From positions 704,001 to 768,000 of the forward strand of contig CAVRQT010000002.1 in the NCBI GenBank assembly GCA_963723515.1: a DNA stretch of 64,000 bases, written 5' to 3'. The notes beneath the pieces were generated by a model. That model ran no database searches. It saw only the letters and a list, made by a program, of their open reading frames with translations, and was not told the DNA's origin. The first letter of the stretch is position 1. Each line of letters opens with the position of its first letter. This DNA is from Vulcanimicrobiota bacterium. Its GTDB lineage: Bacteria > Vulcanimicrobiota > Vulcanimicrobiia > Vulcanimicrobiales > Vulcanimicrobiaceae. Of the stretch, positions 61,901-64,000 are shown piece by piece. The translations under genes and the position numbers were made by a program.

Positions 61901-62740
61901 GAATACAACGCGCTCACGCAGGCGAACGGCGGCGCTCGCTGCTACGACTACAATCCGAATGCGGGCACCGCACCGGGAGTGAATCCCGTGATTCCGGATC
62001 CAAAATGTTTGGGCAGCGGCGGATATCCCGCGGTTCTCAACCCGTATTACACGAATGCGCCGCAGCCGCTCTTCGATCGCAACGGCTGGTATGACAGCGG
62101 GTTAGATGTGCCTTGGACCTCGCCGAACGTCTTCGCGCTCGTGATGAACTACCGCCACAATAAATTTGCGATCACGCCCGCGATTACGCTCAACGAAGGC
62201 ACGTCGTACGGCGCGCCGAGCGACGTCATCGGCGTCGATCCGCGCACCTGCAAGAGCAATCTTGCAGCCTCCGGCTTCGCGACTGGAAATCCGCTTTCGG
62301 CAGACTACACGTCATGCAAAGCGGCCGCGACGCCATCGGGCAATCTCTACATTCCAAATCCCGAAACCGGTCATTTCGATGGCTTCGGCGAGTTTCGTCA
62401 ACCCTGGCAGCTCAATGCCGGCTTGCAACTCACCTATGACTTCACGGACAAGATCCGCGGAAATTTGATGTTCACGAACATCTTGAACCGCTGCTTCGGC
62501 GGTTCCAGCACTCCGTGGACGCAAGCCTATCCGCCAAACTCCCAAGTCTGCGGCTACCTCGCAAACACGTTTTACATTGCGAATTTCTACAACGGCAGCG
62601 GTCCGAACGACGTCGTCGCCAACGGCGTGCCACTGAACCCGTATTTTGCCCACTCTTTCGTGCCGGCATACGGTGATGCGAGCTCGTTCAACTTCCCGAT
62701 TCCGTTGAACGTGTACTTTCAGCTGCAAGTCAAACTCTAA
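58970..62740 (+). CDS. TonB-dependent receptor with N-terminal carboxypeptidase-regulatory-like domain
   Basis: Signal peptide AFA-GTTG; CarboxypepD_reg-like domain; YIRGG...EYDGVPVN plug; QPRLGATYTVNPDTVFRFSAGRY; C-terminal YFQLQVKL beta-strand. Confidence 0.88.
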   Translation: MLRSNRWYVAILVLAFAVQWCPAAFAGTTGALSGYVRDVATGAAIVGATVTSTSPSQTASTTTDQGGHFVFLSLAPDTYTLTAQANGYERLSVNGYAVFADQTQNVQMTLRKTLREIGSVTSRSSLNPVKPGTTTDVYSVNPSLSAAASPIGGGGGLNNAYSAIASMPGSFVPPGQIGVNQSVYIRGGFYDQIGYEYDGVPVNRSFDNYPGHSAASLGQQELEIFTGGGGVATSATGLAGFINQVIKTGTYPGTGNFSTRVGAPTFYHDFLAEAGGATPDHMFSYYLGFDGYNQQFRYFDQNNGAGLMNEFPYTIGPSNLTTNLHFYPAVYPNCIGGGATDPFASGAIPSPPFFNDPGCFSAMSPVYSSVSGIAGREFVSNFHVGIPHKRDSGRDDVQLLYTSSAQYRQFYSGVNDAGQALVNSLVQNGDIDPPHWPDYVTFPSGTGFLAPAGNTPIVPYYFPGSPTQRCANQSLSFTTPLPAPFCPVDANGNEAWSAFPNDYRDARWDTASVAKLQYQHNIGSNAYLRLLGYTFYSNTNRSGAARRGIGSGFGATNYDYEVDSHTRGAELQFADQLNEHHQLTGTLNYVTATTVRVNNFNYFNTPGQQVSNLTNGLQCFAYRSGTLDNGIDLVNAGDPAPCNDSSTQGTFDSPVPGLSNPCTLGPTTPACRAHAQWGITYTGNQGPLNTVRPTFTSLALNDDWRPNDRLDINLGLREDRFQFDLANTDTPGKNFWFTAAQQEFCYNPVTLQPVFVPQPPQDFSLQIPYVTFTCPIDYSSGSPVQTVHPDGLNGHVLLSNEYSHQIVQNVFQPRLGATYTVNPDTVFRFSAGRYVQQPQNYEIQYNSLEENLAAQLIGFFPYGFFTPRHDPQPQISDNYDFSYERHFKGTDMAMKLTPYYRYASGQLYGISAAGSSASINTGIQSNVGVELQFTKGDFNRNGLSGIFSYTYLNSKEKWANFAGTNRNPVDIFNDYITEYNALTQANGGARCYDYNPNAGTAPGVNPVIPDPKCLGSGGYPAVLNPYYTNAPQPLFDRNGWYDSGLDVPWTSPNVFALVMNYRHNKFAITPAITLNEGTSYGAPSDVIGVDPRTCKSNLAASGFATGNPLSADYTSCKAAATPSGNLYIPNPETGHFDGFGEFRQPWQLNAGLQLTYDFTDKIRGNLMFTNILNRCFGGSSTPWTQAYPPNSQVCGYLANTFYIANFYNGSGPNDVVANGVPLNPYFAHSFVPAYGDASSFNFPIPLNVYFQLQVKL

Positions 62741-62742
62741 AC

Positions 62743-63781
62743 GTGAAGGCGGCTGCCGCTTTCTTATTCGCGGCAGCGTGCTGCGTTGCAGCGAGCGTGA
62801 CCGACGCCGGACCGCAATGCCGCTCGACGACGTTTGCGCCGGCCGGGCGTTACGTTCATAGTGCCGCGCTGAGCGGCCCGGGTCTGCTGCTCGCGGGAAG
62901 CGGCGGTTTGACGATGCCGCGGAGCGCATTAGCATGGACGCATGCGCGGCTCGGTTTCGGCAAGGCGCGTGGTGGGAATGTCGTGGTCCTTCGCGCGAGC
63001 GGCGACAACGAATACGATCGGCCGTTCTATCGTGCCGGGAAGTTCGCATCCGTGCGAACGGTCATGATTCCGCCGTGCGCATCGCGAGCCGTCGTCAATA
63101 GCGCTGCACGATACGTCAACGCTGCCGATGCGGTCTATTTCTCCGGCGGCGATCAGTCGAAATATGCGGCTTGGAACGGAACGCAATTGATGGCGGCTGT
63201 CAAGGCGCTCTATGCGCGCGGCGGCGTTGTCGGCGGCGGCAGCGCGGGCCTCGCGATACAGGGCGCGGTCGTCTACGATGCGATTGCGGCAGACAAATAC
63301 AACAACGACACGCACACCGCAGACGCCGTCAAGTATCCGCTCGAGCGACGCATCAGCTTCACGACTGGTCTCTTCGCCTGGCCCGCGCTCGCGCGAACGA
63401 TTACGGATACGCATTTCGTCGCGCGCAATCGTTTTGGACGACTGGCCGTCTTCTTAGCGCGGATATTGCACGATCGTCTGCTGTCGCCCGGCGGAAGCGT
63501 CTACGGCCTCGGCGTCGATCAAGAGAGCGCCGTCGTTGTCGACCCTGATGGTATGGCAACGGTGCTCAACACGGGAAAAGGTCGCGGCGCTTACCTTCTT
63601 CGCGCGCCGGCGAATTCGGGCCGGCACGCTGAGGGGGCCGATCCGCTTTACCGTCGTTGTATCGCACATGGCGCGCAATGGCGAATCGTTCGATTTGCTG
63701 GACAAGCGCACGCACGAGCCGTGGTACCCGGTGACGGTGAACGGCGCGGGTTCTCAGATCTACAGTCGGACTCCGTATTAG
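62743..63781 (+). CDS. secreted cyanophycinase-like serine peptidase (S51); frameshift near 63600-63635
   Basis: LAGSG, ADAVYFSGGDQ..Y, GGSAG nucleophile, TDTHF..R.RFGRL, GLGVD; C-terminus in the frame ending at 63781, abutting the next ATG. Confidence 0.85.
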
Positions 63782-64000
63782 ATGCGTCGCTTGATCCGCG
63801 CGCGCGGCGTCGCCGTGCTGCTGTCGTTTGGACTATTCCTCGCTGCATGTGCGCCTGTCGCTCGCCACGCGCCAAACGATCAGCTCGTCATTGCGCAACA
63901 GCGGGAACCGATGGCGCTCAATCCCGCGCTTGAAAACGGTGCCTCCGCGACCGAATGGGGACTGCTGCTCTTTCAATACTTGCTCAAATTTGACGATCGA
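63782..64000 (+). CDS. peptide ABC transporter substrate-binding lipoprotein (3'-truncated by window edge)
   Basis: Hand-translated MRRLIRARGVAVLLSFGLFLAAC...LVIAQQREPMALNP...LFQYLLKFDD. Confidence 0.8.
   Translation, partial: MRRLIRARGVAVLLSFGLFLAACAPVARHAPNDQLVIAQQREPMALNPALENGASATEWGLLLFQYLLKFDDR

Overview
A GC-rich bacterial chromosomal window made up mostly of housekeeping genes. It contains the 3' part of sucA, an Lrp-kdd-kamA-LOG lysine-catabolism cluster, a peptide ABC substrate-binding protein (SBP), a serine hydrolase, a split pntA1/pntA2/pntB transhydrogenase, a secreted serpin and polA-(membrane genes)-mutM-rpsA-coaE. Next come two KGG/GsiB stress proteins, an outer-membrane biogenesis block (lptC-like, lnt, lptD-like, lptF/G, lytic transglycosylase) and the dcw cluster from mraZ to ddl. 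The end holds citrate synthase, hisA, alr, CIRCE-groESL, an amidohydrolase, an MFS transporter and a TonB receptor-cyanophycinase-peptide SBP locus. Terrabacterial features (CIRCE, GTGG MraZ boxes, SigB-type promoter) together with Lpt and TonB genes suggest a diderm Terrabacterium, possibly Eremiobacterota; this is inference only. Single-base frameshifts in essential genes (polA, ftsI, murE, lptD-like) point to long-read assembly errors. The most interesting observations are: a CofE/F420-glutamate-ligase-like gene coupled inside the dcw cluster between murF and mraY; two related ~165-nt structured intergenic elements that begin at stop codons; nested, covarying REP-like palindromes, with one inverted pair bracketing a cargo ORF; a probable ATC start codon for rpsA; and small ORFs missing from the ORF track (metallothionein, zinc ribbon). 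No database searches were run, so all family calls come from motif recognition.
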